Source of the DNA: an uncultured Sediminibacterium sp.
GTDB taxonomy: Bacteria > Bacteroidota > Bacteroidia > Chitinophagales > Chitinophagaceae
NCBI GenBank assembly: GCA_964460235.1
Contig: CAYWPM010000009.1
Coordinates: forward strand, 28,189-92,188
DNA: 64,000 nt
Direction: 5' to 3'
Numbering within the stretch: the stretch's first letter is position 1; each line of letters starts with the position of its first letter. A program made the position numbers and the translations under genes. This document shows, piece by piece, positions 48,847-58,952 of this stretch. The notes under the pieces were generated by a model that saw only the letters and a list, made by a program, of their open reading frames with translations, had not been told where the DNA came from and did not search any database.

Positions 48847-48944
48847 GAGTGGTTTTGAGTGATTTTTTCTGATTTCTCATAAAATACAAATTCAATAAAA
48901 TCAATACTTTCAGTTCATATCAAACCATATAAAACCATATTTCT

Positions 48945-48993
48945 AAGGACTGAAAATCCTTGTGTCGCCGGTTCGATCCCGGCCCACACCACA
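48945..48993 (+). repeat. att core copy (3' half of tRNA-Phe)
   Basis: 49/49 identity to 16648-16696. Confidence 0.97.
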
Positions 48994-49002
48994 GATTACA
49001 AC

Positions 49003-49039
49003 AAAGACCCTTGTAAGTAAAACTTGCAAGGGTCTTTTT
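49003..49039 (+). terminator. Probable original tRNA-Phe terminator displaced by the island
   Basis: AAAGACCCTTGTAAG/CTTGCAAGGGTCTTT stem plus T run, right after the att copy. Confidence 0.75.
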
Positions 49040-49238
49040 ATTTAGGTCTACAGAGAGCATGCATCATTCGTGTCACCGTTTTCACTACAGAAGTCGAACC
49101 CTCACAAAGCATATCCATGATTATTATCATTTTTCATGGGAAGATTTCGAAGGAGCTTTGATGTATAAATAATTACGTTCTGTGCACTTCTGCACTTCCC
49201 CATCGGTTGGTAATCCTTCATATTTCAAATAAATAGAC

Positions 49239-50951
49239 ATGAGAACGAGATCAATTACCCAAAGTCTTCCATTATGCTTATTTGGACTGGTTTTATCTTT
49301 TTTATTCGCCTGTAACAAGAATGTTGCCGTAGGTGAATCAACTGCTACCACTGTTACGACCACGGCGGATCAAACGATCATTCCCGACCAGGTCCCAACC
49401 TATCCACACCTGATCGGCCCCAACGATGTTGCCTTGTTTTCCCAATATGGTTATGGCACCTGGCAATACGGGGCGGGTGTGCCTCATCAAAAAAGGATCG
49501 ACCTGATGCCCGCGAATTATTTAGGTAACTCTGTGACCAATACAGCGCTACTGGCCAACTTCTTTGCTATTTCTGATATTCATATTACGGATAAGGAATC
49601 ACCGGCACAGGCCATTTATTATGGGTACAAATGGGGCATTATCTCTGGTTATTCGCCTGCCATGCTTTACTCCACTCATATGCTTGATGCAGCAGTTCGT
49701 ACCATTAACCGTCTTCACAAAACAAAGCCATTTGATTTTGGACTTTCGCTTGGTGATGCTCTCAACAGTGGTCAGTATAACGAGCTGAAATGGTTTGTAG
49801 ACGTAATGGACGGAAAACTCATTAACCCTGATTCAGGAGAAAAGGATGACCCCAACCCCGGACCCGGTAACGATTACCAGGATGAATTCAAGGCAGAGGG
49901 CATTGACCCTACCATAAAGTGGTACCAGGCACTTGGTAACCATGACCACTTCTGGATGGGTATGTTTCCTCCGGATCAAAATATAAAGGATAAACTGACC
50001 GGTAACACTGTTCTGAATTTTGGGAACATGTTCAAAGATCCTTCCGGACTTAACAGCAGGGGTTATTATATGGGTGTGGTAAACGGTAAAACGCCCAATG
50101 TTGAAATTATTGGTGCAGGACCTGTGGGGAACTTTGCTACTCCTCCTGTTGTTTCACCCGATCCGAACAGACGTTTTATTACACGCCATGAATTCATGGA
50201 TGCATTTGTAAAAAGCAGCAGCTCCCCGGCGGGTCATGGTTTTACACCTGCAACCACCGCCTCCGGATTTGCTAATTATACATTTGAACCCAGGTCAGAC
50301 ATTCCATTGAAAGTGATCGTACTCGATAATACCAACAGGGACGATCGTGTTGTAACAGATGGATATGGCAAGGGATCTGTTGATAAAGAGCGCTACGACT
50401 GGTTGATCAACGAACTGGATAAAGGGCAGGCCGAAGGCAAACTCATGATCATTGCTGCACATATTCCCATTAAGGTAGTGCTCGAGCAAACATTAATTGG
50501 ACAAGCCATGACATGGAGCGCTTCTTCGTATAAAACCGAAGATGAAATGCTGGCAAAACTGCATACCTATCCTAACCTCATTTTGTGGGTAGCTGGACAC
50601 AGGCACCTGAGTGTGGTCACACCGCAAAAATCACCGGATCCTTCCAGGCCTGAACTCGGATTCTGGGAAGTGGAAACGCCTTCTTTGCGGGAATTTCCCC
50701 AGCAGTTCAGAGGTTTCCGGATAACCCGTAACAGCGATCAGACCATTTCTATTTTTGCTACCGATGTGGACCCGATTGCAAAAGAAGGGTCTTTGGCCGC
50801 AAAAGCAAGATCCTATGCTGTTGCTGCCAACCAGTTATTCAATATTGTACAGGAACCGATGCCTTCCGGAGTAGTAAACGCAGAACTCATTTTGCAACTT
50901 AGCCCGGAAATGCGTGCGAAACTGGACAACCTTGGAGTACCGATCAAGTAG
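49239..50951 (+). CDS. Metallophosphoesterase lipoprotein (TIGR03768-like)
   Basis: FLFAC lipobox; SDIHITDKESP, GD, GNHD and GHRH motifs. Confidence 0.8.
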   Translation: MRTRSITQSLPLCLFGLVLSFLFACNKNVAVGESTATTVTTTADQTIIPDQVPTYPHLIGPNDVALFSQYGYGTWQYGAGVPHQKRIDLMPANYLGNSVTNTALLANFFAISDIHITDKESPAQAIYYGYKWGIISGYSPAMLYSTHMLDAAVRTINRLHKTKPFDFGLSLGDALNSGQYNELKWFVDVMDGKLINPDSGEKDDPNPGPGNDYQDEFKAEGIDPTIKWYQALGNHDHFWMGMFPPDQNIKDKLTGNTVLNFGNMFKDPSGLNSRGYYMGVVNGKTPNVEIIGAGPVGNFATPPVVSPDPNRRFITRHEFMDAFVKSSSSPAGHGFTPATTASGFANYTFEPRSDIPLKVIVLDNTNRDDRVVTDGYGKGSVDKERYDWLINELDKGQAEGKLMIIAAHIPIKVVLEQTLIGQAMTWSASSYKTEDEMLAKLHTYPNLILWVAGHRHLSVVTPQKSPDPSRPELGFWEVETPSLREFPQQFRGFRITRNSDQTISIFATDVDPIAKEGSLAAKARSYAVAANQLFNIVQEPMPSGVVNAELILQLSPEMRAKLDNLGVPIK

Positions 50952-51129
50952 ACGTAAAAGGGATCGATTTACACGAGTGTAAAAATCAACAAGACCCGGG
51001 TCATATCCGGGTCTTTCTTTTGCCGCAATCATTTACCAACCGGATGGCCTGCCGGTTGATGCGATCCCCCGCCAAGCCATAATTTAATCCGGATCATAAC
51101 AATACCATCGTTTCGTTGTTGTTAGCTGT

Positions 51130-51816
51130 ATGAACAACTATCTTATCGTTGGAACCAGTGGTATTGGCAAGGCCTTATCTGCACAGCTGGCCGAAGAAAA
51201 TCAGGTGATCGGAACCTATTTCAGGAACCCGCAGACGGACAGCGGGAATCTGTCGTTTCATTATTTGGATGTACTGGACGAAAAGATGGATCTCAGTTTT
51301 GTTCCGGATAAGCTGGATGGCCTGGCCTATTGCGTGGGCTCTGTTAACCTGAAACCATTTTCGAGGATCCCGGTAGCAGAATTTGTAGAGGATTACAAAT
51401 TGCAGGTTGCCGGCGCTGTAAAGATCATACAGGCCTGTTTACCTGCGCTGAAAAAAAGCGGCCAGGCTTCCATTGTATTATTCAGCACCGTTGCTGTACA
51501 AACGGGTTTTAATTTTCATAGTATGGTGAGTGCCAGCAAGGGCGCCGTTGAGGGTTTGACCAAAGCACTTGCTGCAGAACTCTCTCCAACGATCAGGGTT
51601 AATTGTATCGCCCCTTCCATCACACAGACCTCTTTGACCCACCAGTTCCTGAATACACCGGAAAAAATGGAAGCGAATGCACAGCGGCATCCATTAAAAA
51701 GAATTGGTACCGACAATGACATTGCTGCAACGGCCGCATTCCTGTTAAGTAATAAAAGCAGCTGGATCACCGGTCAGGTATTTCATGTAGATGGCGGTAT
51801 CAGCAGTATCCGCTAA
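51130..51816 (+). CDS. Short-chain dehydrogenase/reductase
   Basis: VGTSGIG, SASKGAVEG and WITGQVFHVDGG motifs. Confidence 0.9.
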   Translation: MNNYLIVGTSGIGKALSAQLAEENQVIGTYFRNPQTDSGNLSFHYLDVLDEKMDLSFVPDKLDGLAYCVGSVNLKPFSRIPVAEFVEDYKLQVAGAVKIIQACLPALKKSGQASIVLFSTVAVQTGFNFHSMVSASKGAVEGLTKALAAELSPTIRVNCIAPSITQTSLTHQFLNTPEKMEANAQRHPLKRIGTDNDIAATAAFLLSNKSSWITGQVFHVDGGISSIR

Positions 51817-52341
51817 CCAGAATTGCAGATGTCCGTAAACGCTTTGTCGGTCTCGGTTCTATGAGTGTTGTAGCTGCACCAAACGGGTCGTTTTCCGATA
51901 GCTACACCTATCATGACCGATGTCGCTCCTGGTCTTGTGTCGGACCGGGTTTTCTGAACATCCTGTTTCAGCCGGCTAATTGATAAAATGAGGCAAGAAC
52001 AGCAACATGGGATATGAAATGTTTCTTTTTCGTCAAAATGTAATTTATGCGAACCGTTGATTATCAATAATTAATGCAGATTTTGGCTGTTTTTGTGTTG
52101 TTTACATAGATCTTATACTACGTTTTTTTCACCGGGGCTACGGAGTGGTCTATACGATGTTTACCCATCGATCTTCCTGATATCTATATGGGCCAATGTG
52201 CTCTGTTTACCCTTCCGGGCCTTGCATTCCTACTATTCTTTCACAAAATACCCTATTCGCCGGCCATGCTGCCTGTCGTCCCTTTGTACTGTAATCATTA
52301 TGCATGTTGATGCATGGTTTGCTGTACCAAAACTGTATTTG

Positions 52342-53484
52342 ATGAGGCTGTTCACCCCCAATACCCAATCAAAACAGGCCCCCGGGAAAACCATTTGTTT
52401 TTTGATCGGAGTTGCCTTTTTACTGCTTACCGCCTGCCAGAAACAGGTGGCATCCCCTGACGCCATTGTAGCCCATACTGAAATAAAGGATGGATCAACA
52501 TCCATCACGGGCTTTCGGGCTTCTGTACAGGCTGTCGTATTACAACAGTCGGGTTCCGAGAGTAATGCGATCAGTTTCAGCTGGACGCCTTTGCCCGGTA
52601 ACAATCCGCTTCGGTATACCATCGAAGCCGGCGCAGTACAATCTCATTTTTCAGAACCCATAGAGTTGGGCAGTTCCTCCTATGCCACAATAGGTTTTCT
52701 GGCGAAAGAGCTGAACCAGAAAATGAGCAGGTTGGTCCCAGCAGGCAAAAGCACCAAAGTGGAGATCAGGGTAAAAGCAACGGACCTGTATGGTGATCAT
52801 GAGGTACTTGTGTATTCAGAAGCTTTGTCTCTAGACATCACCACCTACCAGCCCATGACAGAATACGCCTATCCGCAATACATCAAATTACCCGGTAACT
52901 ACCAGGAATGGGAGTTGAGTAATGCGCCACAGATCGTAAGTGTAAAAAACGATGGTGAATATGAGGGATATATCAACTTCACCAGACAGAACCCTCAATT
53001 CATGTTCGTGAAAGGATGTAAATGGGAGATCGCCAATACATTCACCAACCTGGGTGCCAATAAGTTCGGTTTTGGAGGAACCCTGTTCTCCCTGACCGGC
53101 AACGCGGGCAGCTATTTTGTCAAAGCCAGCACCAATACGAATACCTGGAATTGTACGCGGATCGATAAATGGGGAATTCATGGAACCGCTGTAACCTGTG
53201 CCGGTGAAACAGATCCCGTCATGACATACGATGCTGCAACAGGCAAATACCTGATCACACTTGCGTTGCAGGCCGGTGAATTCAGGTTCAGGGCCAATGA
53301 TGATGACGCCCTGAGTCTGGGTAAGCAAACCCAAAACGGATACGATACCCCTTCTGCCAGCGGAAAGAATTTTACAGTAACGACCCCCGGTTACTACACC
53401 ATTTATCTGAATCTTTGTTCAGCAGGAAACTATGGATGTGCTTTCATCAAGGAGTTCAATGTTTTTGCCTGTGATAAACAATAA
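52342..53484 (+). CDS. SusE/SusF-like outer-membrane lipoprotein
   Basis: LLTAC lipobox; FSWTP...YTIE, LPGNYQEW, YEGYI and GEFRFRAN motifs; start taken at MRLFT. Confidence 0.75.
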   Translation: MRLFTPNTQSKQAPGKTICFLIGVAFLLLTACQKQVASPDAIVAHTEIKDGSTSITGFRASVQAVVLQQSGSESNAISFSWTPLPGNNPLRYTIEAGAVQSHFSEPIELGSSSYATIGFLAKELNQKMSRLVPAGKSTKVEIRVKATDLYGDHEVLVYSEALSLDITTYQPMTEYAYPQYIKLPGNYQEWELSNAPQIVSVKNDGEYEGYINFTRQNPQFMFVKGCKWEIANTFTNLGANKFGFGGTLFSLTGNAGSYFVKASTNTNTWNCTRIDKWGIHGTAVTCAGETDPVMTYDAATGKYLITLALQAGEFRFRANDDDALSLGKQTQNGYDTPSASGKNFTVTTPGYYTIYLNLCSAGNYGCAFIKEFNVFACDKQ

Positions 53485-53722
53485 CAGGCTGGCTGTGAAC
53501 ATTGCATGATAAGAGGAAATGGTACAGTGCCACGCGAGAGCGTGGCACTTTTTTTTGCTTTTGCATGGGCTGCTTTGATAAAGGGTGTACCAGTTTTTAA
53601 CCAATCGTTGTACAGTTGTACAATGGCATAGCTGGATACTAAGTTGTATTTTCGTAAAGGTGGTAGGTATGGTTTGTATCCGGATGTGCCATTCGCGTTC
53701 TCTCATCGATCAAAAAAACACA

Positions 53723-55948
53723 ATGACGCATTTACCCAATCTGATAAAGGACCTTGCATTGATCCTTGGCGCTGCCGGTGTGATCACTCTTTTCTTCAAA
53801 CGGATCAAACAGCCCGTTGTACTCGGTTATATCATTGCCGGTCTGCTGGTAGGCCCGAATTTCAAGCTCTTTCCCACTATCGTAGATATTGAAGGTATCA
53901 AGATCTGGGCTGAGATCGGGGTGGTGTTCCTGCTGTTTACCCTGGGCCTGGAGTTCAGCTTCAAAAAGCTGCTGAAAGTGGGCGGTTCTGCTGCCATTAC
54001 CGGTGTTACCGAACTGAGTTGTATGATGCTGCTGGGTTTTATGGCCGGCCAGTTATTGGGATGGTCAAATATGGATAGTATTTTTCTTGGCGGCATCATT
54101 GCCATCTCTTCCACCACCATCATCTTCCGGGCCTTTGATGAACTGGGACTGAAGGCAAAACAATTCACGACACTGGTCCTGGGGGTGCTGGTCATAGAAG
54201 ACCTGGTGGCCATCTTATTGATGGTGATGCTTTCCACCGTTTCGGTGAGCCAGCAGTTTGAAGGGATGCAACTTTTTCTCTCATTGCTGAAACTGATCTT
54301 CTTCCTGTGTTTGTGGTTCGTGATGGGCATTTTCCTCCTTCCCTCTTTTTTTAAGCGCGCCGGTAAACTGCTGAACAGCGAAACCTTATTGATCGTATCG
54401 ATCGGGCTTTGCCTGGGCATGGTAGCGCTGGCCGATCAGTTCGGTTTTTCTGCTGCCCTGGGTGCTTTTATCATGGGATCCATCCTGGCAGAGACCACAC
54501 AGTCGCACAAGATCGAGAACCTGGTGACTTCTGTCAAAAACCTGTTCGGTGCCATCTTCTTCGTATCGGTAGGTATGCTGATCGATCCGAAGATACTGCT
54601 GGAATACGCGGGTCCCGTATTGATCCTCACGGCCACGGTGATACTGGGTAAAACCATTTTTGTAAGCACCGGTGCCCTGTTCGCCGGCCGCTCCCTGAAA
54701 CAGGCGGTGCAGGCCGGAACCAGTATGTCGCAGATCGGTGAGTTCTCGTTCATCATCGCTTCTATGGGCGTGGCATTCAATGTGACCAGTTCTTACCTGT
54801 ATCCGATCGCTGTGGGTGTTTCGGTGATCACCACATTCACCACACCGTATATGATCAAACTGGCGGAGCCACTGTATAACCTGCTTTTGAAGATACTGCC
54901 ACCTAAATGGATCAATTCGCTGGAGACCTATAGCAGCAGTTCACAGATCATCAAAACGGAGAACAACTGGCGCAAACTGTTGCGCTTTTACCTGCAAACC
55001 ATCATCCTGAATGGGGTCATTATGATCGCCATGACCCTGTTGATCGTGAAATTCGCCGAGCCCTTTCTGAATGGTTATATCGGGAATCCCCTGGTCACCA
55101 AGATCATCTGTGCGGTGGTTGGATTGATCGCCATGGCCCCGTTCATCTGGGGTATTTCAGTGAAGAAGATGAAAAAGAGCATGTATGCCTCTTTGTGGCT
55201 TGACCAGAAATACAGCAAGGGTCCGCTGGTGATGATCGAGATCGCCCGCAATATCATTACCGTCTTGCTGATCGGATTCCTGCTTCGGCAGCTGTTCAGT
55301 CTTCCGGTGACCATTGGGGGAACTGTTTTGGTCATGATCATCGTAGGTGTCATTTTCCGTCAGCGGCTGCAGGTGTTCTATCACCGCATCGAGGACCGTT
55401 TTCTGCAGAACCTGCACGAAAAAGAAGAACTGGAAAAGAACAGGACCAAAAGTTATCTGTCACCCTGGGATGCCCACCTCACCAATTATGTGATCAGTCC
55501 GCATGTGGATTTTATCGGCAAGACACTGGAAGAACTGCAGTGGCGTGAAAAATACGGGATCAATGTGGCATTCATTGAGCGGGGTAATATTGCCAAGTTC
55601 GCCCCGTCCAGGACGGAACAGATCTTTCCTTTCGACAATATCGGCGTGATCGGTACGGACCAGCAGTTACTGGCTTTCAGCCAACTGATCGTTCCGTTTG
55701 AAGAGGGTGCCACTGACGAAAAAGAGCTGGTGGAGCTGGATAAGATCCTGGTAGATGAACATACCCGCCTGAAGGGGCTCACCATACGCGAATCGGGCAT
55801 CCGTGAAAAGACGGATGGCCTGGTAGTGGGTATTGAACGGAAAGGAGAAAGGATCCTGAATCCATCCTCACATACGCAGCTTGAGTGGGATGATATCGTG
55901 TGGATCGTGGGAAACCGTAAAAAGATCCAGCAACTGTATCACCCTTGA
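53723..55948 (+). CDS. CPA2 cation:proton antiporter with TrkA-C domains
   Basis: GYIIAGLLVGP, LFTLGLEFS, SSTTII, EDL and SQIGEFSF motifs; two C-terminal RCK_C-like repeats. Confidence 0.92.
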   Translation: MTHLPNLIKDLALILGAAGVITLFFKRIKQPVVLGYIIAGLLVGPNFKLFPTIVDIEGIKIWAEIGVVFLLFTLGLEFSFKKLLKVGGSAAITGVTELSCMMLLGFMAGQLLGWSNMDSIFLGGIIAISSTTIIFRAFDELGLKAKQFTTLVLGVLVIEDLVAILLMVMLSTVSVSQQFEGMQLFLSLLKLIFFLCLWFVMGIFLLPSFFKRAGKLLNSETLLIVSIGLCLGMVALADQFGFSAALGAFIMGSILAETTQSHKIENLVTSVKNLFGAIFFVSVGMLIDPKILLEYAGPVLILTATVILGKTIFVSTGALFAGRSLKQAVQAGTSMSQIGEFSFIIASMGVAFNVTSSYLYPIAVGVSVITTFTTPYMIKLAEPLYNLLLKILPPKWINSLETYSSSSQIIKTENNWRKLLRFYLQTIILNGVIMIAMTLLIVKFAEPFLNGYIGNPLVTKIICAVVGLIAMAPFIWGISVKKMKKSMYASLWLDQKYSKGPLVMIEIARNIITVLLIGFLLRQLFSLPVTIGGTVLVMIIVGVIFRQRLQVFYHRIEDRFLQNLHEKEELEKNRTKSYLSPWDAHLTNYVISPHVDFIGKTLEELQWREKYGINVAFIERGNIAKFAPSRTEQIFPFDNIGVIGTDQQLLAFSQLIVPFEEGATDEKELVELDKILVDEHTRLKGLTIRESGIREKTDGLVVGIERKGERILNPSSHTQLEWDDIVWIVGNRKKIQQLYHP

Positions 55949-56121
55949 TTTTCCTGCAAAATCCATTGTCTGTTTACGGACAGCAGATAAGCTATAATAT
56001 TACTAAATCCGGCTTGCCGATTCAATGACGAATGTCATTGATTACCGGCAGGTCATCAGGTAAATTCATAGGTCGGACAGGATATGGATATTGCGTCCAT
56101 CCTGTTATAAATCTATGCGTC

Positions 56122-57351
56122 ATGAAAAAGTTCTTTGTGCTGTTCAGCACACTATTGATCGGGGGGGCTTTGTTGTTTTCCTGTACCAAGAAGACCCTGA
56201 CCGAACCTGCTGCCGAAACATTATTACAGGAAAAACTACAGTCATCTGTAGACCTGATGATGACAAAATATAAGGCCAAATACCCGGGTTATCCGGGAGG
56301 TCTTGCATTGAAAGTGATCTCTAAGAACGGATCCTATTTTGTATCATCCGGTATGGAAGCCGGTACAACAGATCAGATCCATTTCCGGGCGGCCAGTAAT
56401 ACCAAGGCGTTTACGGCAACCGCTATACTGCTGCTGGCACAGGAAGGTAAACTGAATGTGGATGCAAAGATCATTGATACGATCCCCGGTACCAAAATGA
56501 CCTATGTTCCGCTGAACCTGCAGTATAATATCCCGTACCGTGACCAGATCACTATCCGGGACCTGTTGCAACACAGTGCCGGTGTATATGACGTCACCAA
56601 TGATTCCATACCGGTAACCGTTACAGCGAATGTGCCCTATATCGGGAAACATTACCTGGAGTTCATCCAGGAAACCGATCCCAATCACAATTTCAATTTT
56701 GATGAGCTGGTGGGCGTGGTGGCAACCTGTCAGATCGCGTATTCTGCGCCGCGTGTAAAACATAAGTACTCCAATACCGGCTACTCTATTCTGGGAAAGA
56801 TCATTGAAAGGGTTTCCGGCATGGGATACAACCAGTTCGTAACGGACCGGATCATCAAACCGATGGGCCTGGATCAATCGTCTATGCCTTATACGGGCAC
56901 AGATCGTTTATTACCCATGCCGTATGCAAAAGGCTATTTTTATCAGCCTGCCGTAATCGAATGCACCAATTCCAATATCTCGGGCAATATAGCGGAGGGA
57001 AACCTGGTCACTACGCCGGATGACCTTTGCCGCTTTATCCGTAAGTTGATGCGGGGAGAAGGTGTGTTGAACCTGAATACCGTGAACAATATCTTAAAGG
57101 TCTATCCTTCCGGAACACTGGGTGAGGGTAAGTATGCCTGTGGTATCTTTTACGTTCCTAACCTGGGCTGGGGACACAACGGTGCGCATGAGGGTTATCT
57201 ATCCAGGATGGTATCAGATCCAGATACAGACATTTCAGTGGTAGCATTCACCAATACCTGGAACACATCTGGCGGAATGGCCACCATATCTGAACAGCTG
57301 AGTAACCTGCTGGACGAGGCCTGCATGAATGCAAGGCTGATCGTACAGTAG
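56122..57351 (+). CDS. Serine hydrolase (beta-lactamase/class C-like family) lipoprotein
   Basis: LLFSC lipobox; SNTK (SxxK), YSN and HNG motifs. Confidence 0.88.
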   Translation: MKKFFVLFSTLLIGGALLFSCTKKTLTEPAAETLLQEKLQSSVDLMMTKYKAKYPGYPGGLALKVISKNGSYFVSSGMEAGTTDQIHFRAASNTKAFTATAILLLAQEGKLNVDAKIIDTIPGTKMTYVPLNLQYNIPYRDQITIRDLLQHSAGVYDVTNDSIPVTVTANVPYIGKHYLEFIQETDPNHNFNFDELVGVVATCQIAYSAPRVKHKYSNTGYSILGKIIERVSGMGYNQFVTDRIIKPMGLDQSSMPYTGTDRLLPMPYAKGYFYQPAVIECTNSNISGNIAEGNLVTTPDDLCRFIRKLMRGEGVLNLNTVNNILKVYPSGTLGEGKYACGIFYVPNLGWGHNGAHEGYLSRMVSDPDTDISVVAFTNTWNTSGGMATISEQLSNLLDEACMNARLIVQ

Positions 57352-57382
57352 TTCTCCGTTTGTTGCAGGTAGATGTGAATAG

Positions 57383-57418
57383 AACAAAGGGCGCAGAAAT
57401 CTATCTGCGCCCTTTGTT
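57383..57418. terminator. Bidirectional terminator between convergent genes
   Basis: AACAAAGGGCGCAGA/TCTGCGCCCTTTGTT, 15-bp perfect stem. Confidence 0.85.
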
Positions 57419-57447
57419 GATACCAGGTATCTGCTTTCAGTATCCTG

Positions 57448-58890
57448 TCAGAAATTATGAATGTAAGCCAGCATCAGACCTGTTGCAAAACGGGTGGCGC
57501 TGATCTTCTTGAGGCTACCCTCCAGGTTGTTCTCAACAGAGGGGTCGTCGAAGTTGACCATTTGCTCCAGTTGGTTTTTCCTTCCGTATGACAATAACAG
57601 TCCGGCCCTGAGATTGAATTTGCGCTTTTTAAAATTGGTACCTATCTGCATGTGATAAATGTCCCAGGTGGAGGTGTTTGAGCGGTAACCGTCCTCATTT
57701 TTAAAAGAGCGCACATCGGAGTAGTTGTAGTCGGTCCGCAGTGACAGGTAACCCATGATACGCTCCTTGAGCGGAAAGCTCACGCCAACAGAAAAGTTCA
57801 GGATCGACTTGTTCAGGTTCTTTAACTGCATCATAGAAGAAGTGAATTCGCCACCGATACCGGTGTCGGGACGGATAAAATAGTCGTTGCGGGGTGTGAT
57901 GACACTATATTCGGCAACACGCGAAAAATATTCAGCCGCAAAATACAGGTGGCCGCGGCCATAATCGTAGGTATAACCGCCTGCAACACTCAGGGGTGTC
58001 TTCCACCGGGATGCCAGTTTGGTTTGTTTGCTGTTGACGATCAGGAATTTTTCCGTGTTATTATCCAGCGGCAGATTGTTGACGCTGTATTGCACCAACA
58101 GGTCGGCCTTTGAAGAAAGGTGTATGGAAGGTGCTGTCACCAGCAGGCCCAGGTGGTGTTTGGGTGCCAGTTCGTAAGATAACCCGGCTTTGATGCCCAG
58201 GTTGAACACATTGCTGTGTACAAGGTAGTACTCTTCGATAGAAACCAATCGCTGGTCAAATCCCGCTGAAAGATCATTGCTGAGCACGCTGAGGGAAAGG
58301 TTGTGGTGAAACTCCTGCCGGCGGTTGGTGAAACTGAAAGAGACACCCATTGCCAGCTTTTTCGAGAAGGATTTACCAACGGCCAGCAGACCGGTGGTCT
58401 CATCTACCGTGTTGGCATGTACATATTGACCCACGTAAAATTCATTGCCGACACTGATCGATTCATCCAGGACGTTTACCATACCATCTCTCCTTTGAGA
58501 AGCGTTGAATTTCATCACCGGAGTGTTCATGATAGCATACGCAACCGTGATGGGTTTCTTCAGTTTTAGGTAGATGGTGTTGGATGCGATCACCGGAAGG
58601 ATGTAGGTAGACGTGGCTTTCAGGCCCAGCCCCAGTCCCGCACCATCGTTAAACTTGGTGGTTTGAAAATTGTAGATGCTGCCGCTGATATTGGATGCGT
58701 TTTTTGTATTGAATGCCAGCAATGCAGGGTTGTAGAATAAAACACCGCTGTCGCCATTCTTGGCAATGACAGCGCCGGGTGACATGAAACCTCCGGGTCC
58801 GTAAGCGTTTGACCAGTAATTGGCGTCTTGTGCGAGACAGGCTGAAGAGAGAAGGAGGGATACAACTGCGAGTATATTTTTTCTCAACAT
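57448..58890 (-). CDS. Outer-membrane beta-barrel (FadL-like)
   Basis: Signal peptide; YNPALLA motif, alternating strands and terminal Phe. Confidence 0.65.
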   Translation of the reverse strand: MLRKNILAVVSLLLSSACLAQDANYWSNAYGPGGFMSPGAVIAKNGDSGVLFYNPALLAFNTKNASNISGSIYNFQTTKFNDGAGLGLGLKATSTYILPVIASNTIYLKLKKPITVAYAIMNTPVMKFNASQRRDGMVNVLDESISVGNEFYVGQYVHANTVDETTGLLAVGKSFSKKLAMGVSFSFTNRRQEFHHNLSLSVLSNDLSAGFDQRLVSIEEYYLVHSNVFNLGIKAGLSYELAPKHHLGLLVTAPSIHLSSKADLLVQYSVNNLPLDNNTEKFLIVNSKQTKLASRWKTPLSVAGGYTYDYGRGHLYFAAEYFSRVAEYSVITPRNDYFIRPDTGIGGEFTSSMMQLKNLNKSILNFSVGVSFPLKERIMGYLSLRTDYNYSDVRSFKNEDGYRSNTSTWDIYHMQIGTNFKKRKFNLRAGLLLSYGRKNQLEQMVNFDDPSVENNLEGSLKKISATRFATGLMLAYIHNF

Positions 58891-58952
58891 GACGAAGAAT
58901 TTATAGAGTGAGAAACGTTTTTTCAGTAACTTAAGAGGGTAAAAGTTCACTG

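Larger units (their letters stand above)
16648..48993. mobile_element. tRNA-Phe-integrated mobilisable genomic island (IME-like defence island), 32,297 bp as the excised circle
   Basis: 49-bp att direct repeat; integrase and excisionase at opposite ends; relaxase and coupling proteins but no mating-pair genes; AT-richer than the flanks. Confidence 0.95.

Noticed and set aside
56122-57351. Antibiotic-resistance beta-lactamase
   Set aside because: SxxK/YxN/HxG motifs define a broad serine hydrolase family; nothing in the sequence supports beta-lactam specificity.
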